Positions 62,767-64,000 of a stretch of DNA of 64,000 nucleotides are shown here, piece by piece (position 1 is the first letter of the stretch; every line of letters begins with the position of its first letter). The DNA lies in NCBI GenBank assembly GCA_028534125.1, contig CM052819.1, positions 53,816,001 to 53,880,000 on the forward strand, in the 5' to 3' direction. This stretch comes from Lama glama (Eukaryota). The position numbers were made by a program, and so were the translations under genes. Below the pieces are notes generated by a model that ran no database searches, was not told the DNA's origin, and worked only from the letters and a program-made list of their open reading frames with translations.

Positions 62767-64000
62767 AAACAGACCAGTGGAAAAGTCACCAGCAGATAAA
62801 TTAAAATACATTTTTTCAGTTGACATAAACACACACACACATACACATACCCCTTATAATTCTGTTCAGAGCAGGCAGAGGGAATACATCTGACAAAAGA
62901 ATTAGAGAAGTCTCCATTAAGATGGTTTTCAGGCTGGGCTTTGAAATGCTGGTACTTATACATGAAGAAGGAAAAAATAAAAAATAAACTAAGCACTGAG
63001 ACGTGTGAGAGCCGAAACCAGTGAGGAGCTTGGAATGACTGGCATGCAGAGACCCAGATAGCTGGAGCTCCCCGGGGAGGAGAACTTAATGGACTAGTTA
63101 TTCTGAGAGGTTCCTTGGCCCTGAATCTCTGAGTTGGCACTTAATCCTTAAGTTTTACTTCATACATGTTACTCTTTGTAAAAGTCTCATTGCATCTTGT
63201 CCCAGAAACATTTCCTCAAGACTGCAGCCTGTAGGAAAAGTACAAGACACCTGCCCAGGCCAGGCCCTAGAGCGTGTCACAGGATGATAAAGAAACACGT
63301 CCCAAAACAGCTTCTATACACTTGTTCCAGGGTGGCTCAAGCCCAAAGCTGTCACCCAAAATAAGTCACAGAGAAGCAAAAAAAAGCCACGCATCCAGAG
63401 TACGAAGACCTGAAAAGTGTTTTGTGGGCTGTTTGCAACATGTACAATGGTAAAACGTGATGGTAAAATTTTCCACCCATAATGAAAAATAATTCTACCA
63501 TTTCTAAGATTAAATGCAGTCCAAAAACTTTTGATAAAAAGACTTCAAGTCCTGAATACCCACATCCAGAGAGCTGGCACCCTGCTTAACAAAATTATAA
63601 ACATGCCGCTTAGTTGGTAAGAAACTCAAAAGAATTCAAAGTTTGGACTTCAGAAATGTCTGATCTTCTGTGTAAAGGATAGGTTTCAAGAAACAAATGT
63701 CTAATGCTATTTCTGAAACTATGAGTCGTCAGAAAAACATTTCTTTTTATTTTTCTTTATTTCCAGAACACACAGAAACAAGAGCAACCTTTTCTTGGCA
63801 TTCCCTTGGTGTTTCTGAAAACAATTCCTTGGACTAAGTAACTGAAGAAATGTCTCTGCCTCCATCACAGGAGAAGTATGAAGGCTGAATACATTAAAGC
63901 CCTGTGTTGATGGTAAAGTAATGTGTAAACAGAAAGTCTCATCATTGTGTAGATAGTCTATTTTCACAGATCACAGTTACCAGGGGAAATATCCATTAGA

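Overview
Mammalian genomic DNA, most likely camelid (alpaca or camel), judged from six copies of a tRNA-derived SINE resembling camelid Vic-1 and several cetartiodactyl-type L1 3' ends. I recognise no protein-coding exon, RNA gene or CRISPR array. The ORF track is consistent with chance frames in repeats or GC-rich DNA. The window reads as a long intron or intergenic regulatory region full of eutherian repeats (MIR, L2, CR1/L3, L1M, MLT1/MLT2 LTRs, MER5), with two assembly gaps. Unique-sequence signals are a small CpG island with NRF1/YY1/ETS/Sp motifs at ~46.1-46.45 kb, other CpG-rich motif clusters (16.4, 24.7-25.1, 48.3-48.7 kb) and several candidate minus-strand exons (12.2, 33.4, 54.4, 60.0 kb). 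Together these could belong to a multi-promoter minus-strand gene that I cannot name. The most unusual structures are a ~255-bp foldback element built from tandem subrepeats (41.7-42.0 kb) and a hairpin made of two back-to-back GTAAGT donor sites (33.4 kb). Repeat boundaries and subfamily names were assigned by eye and are approximate. I found no convincing evidence of a novel biological system.
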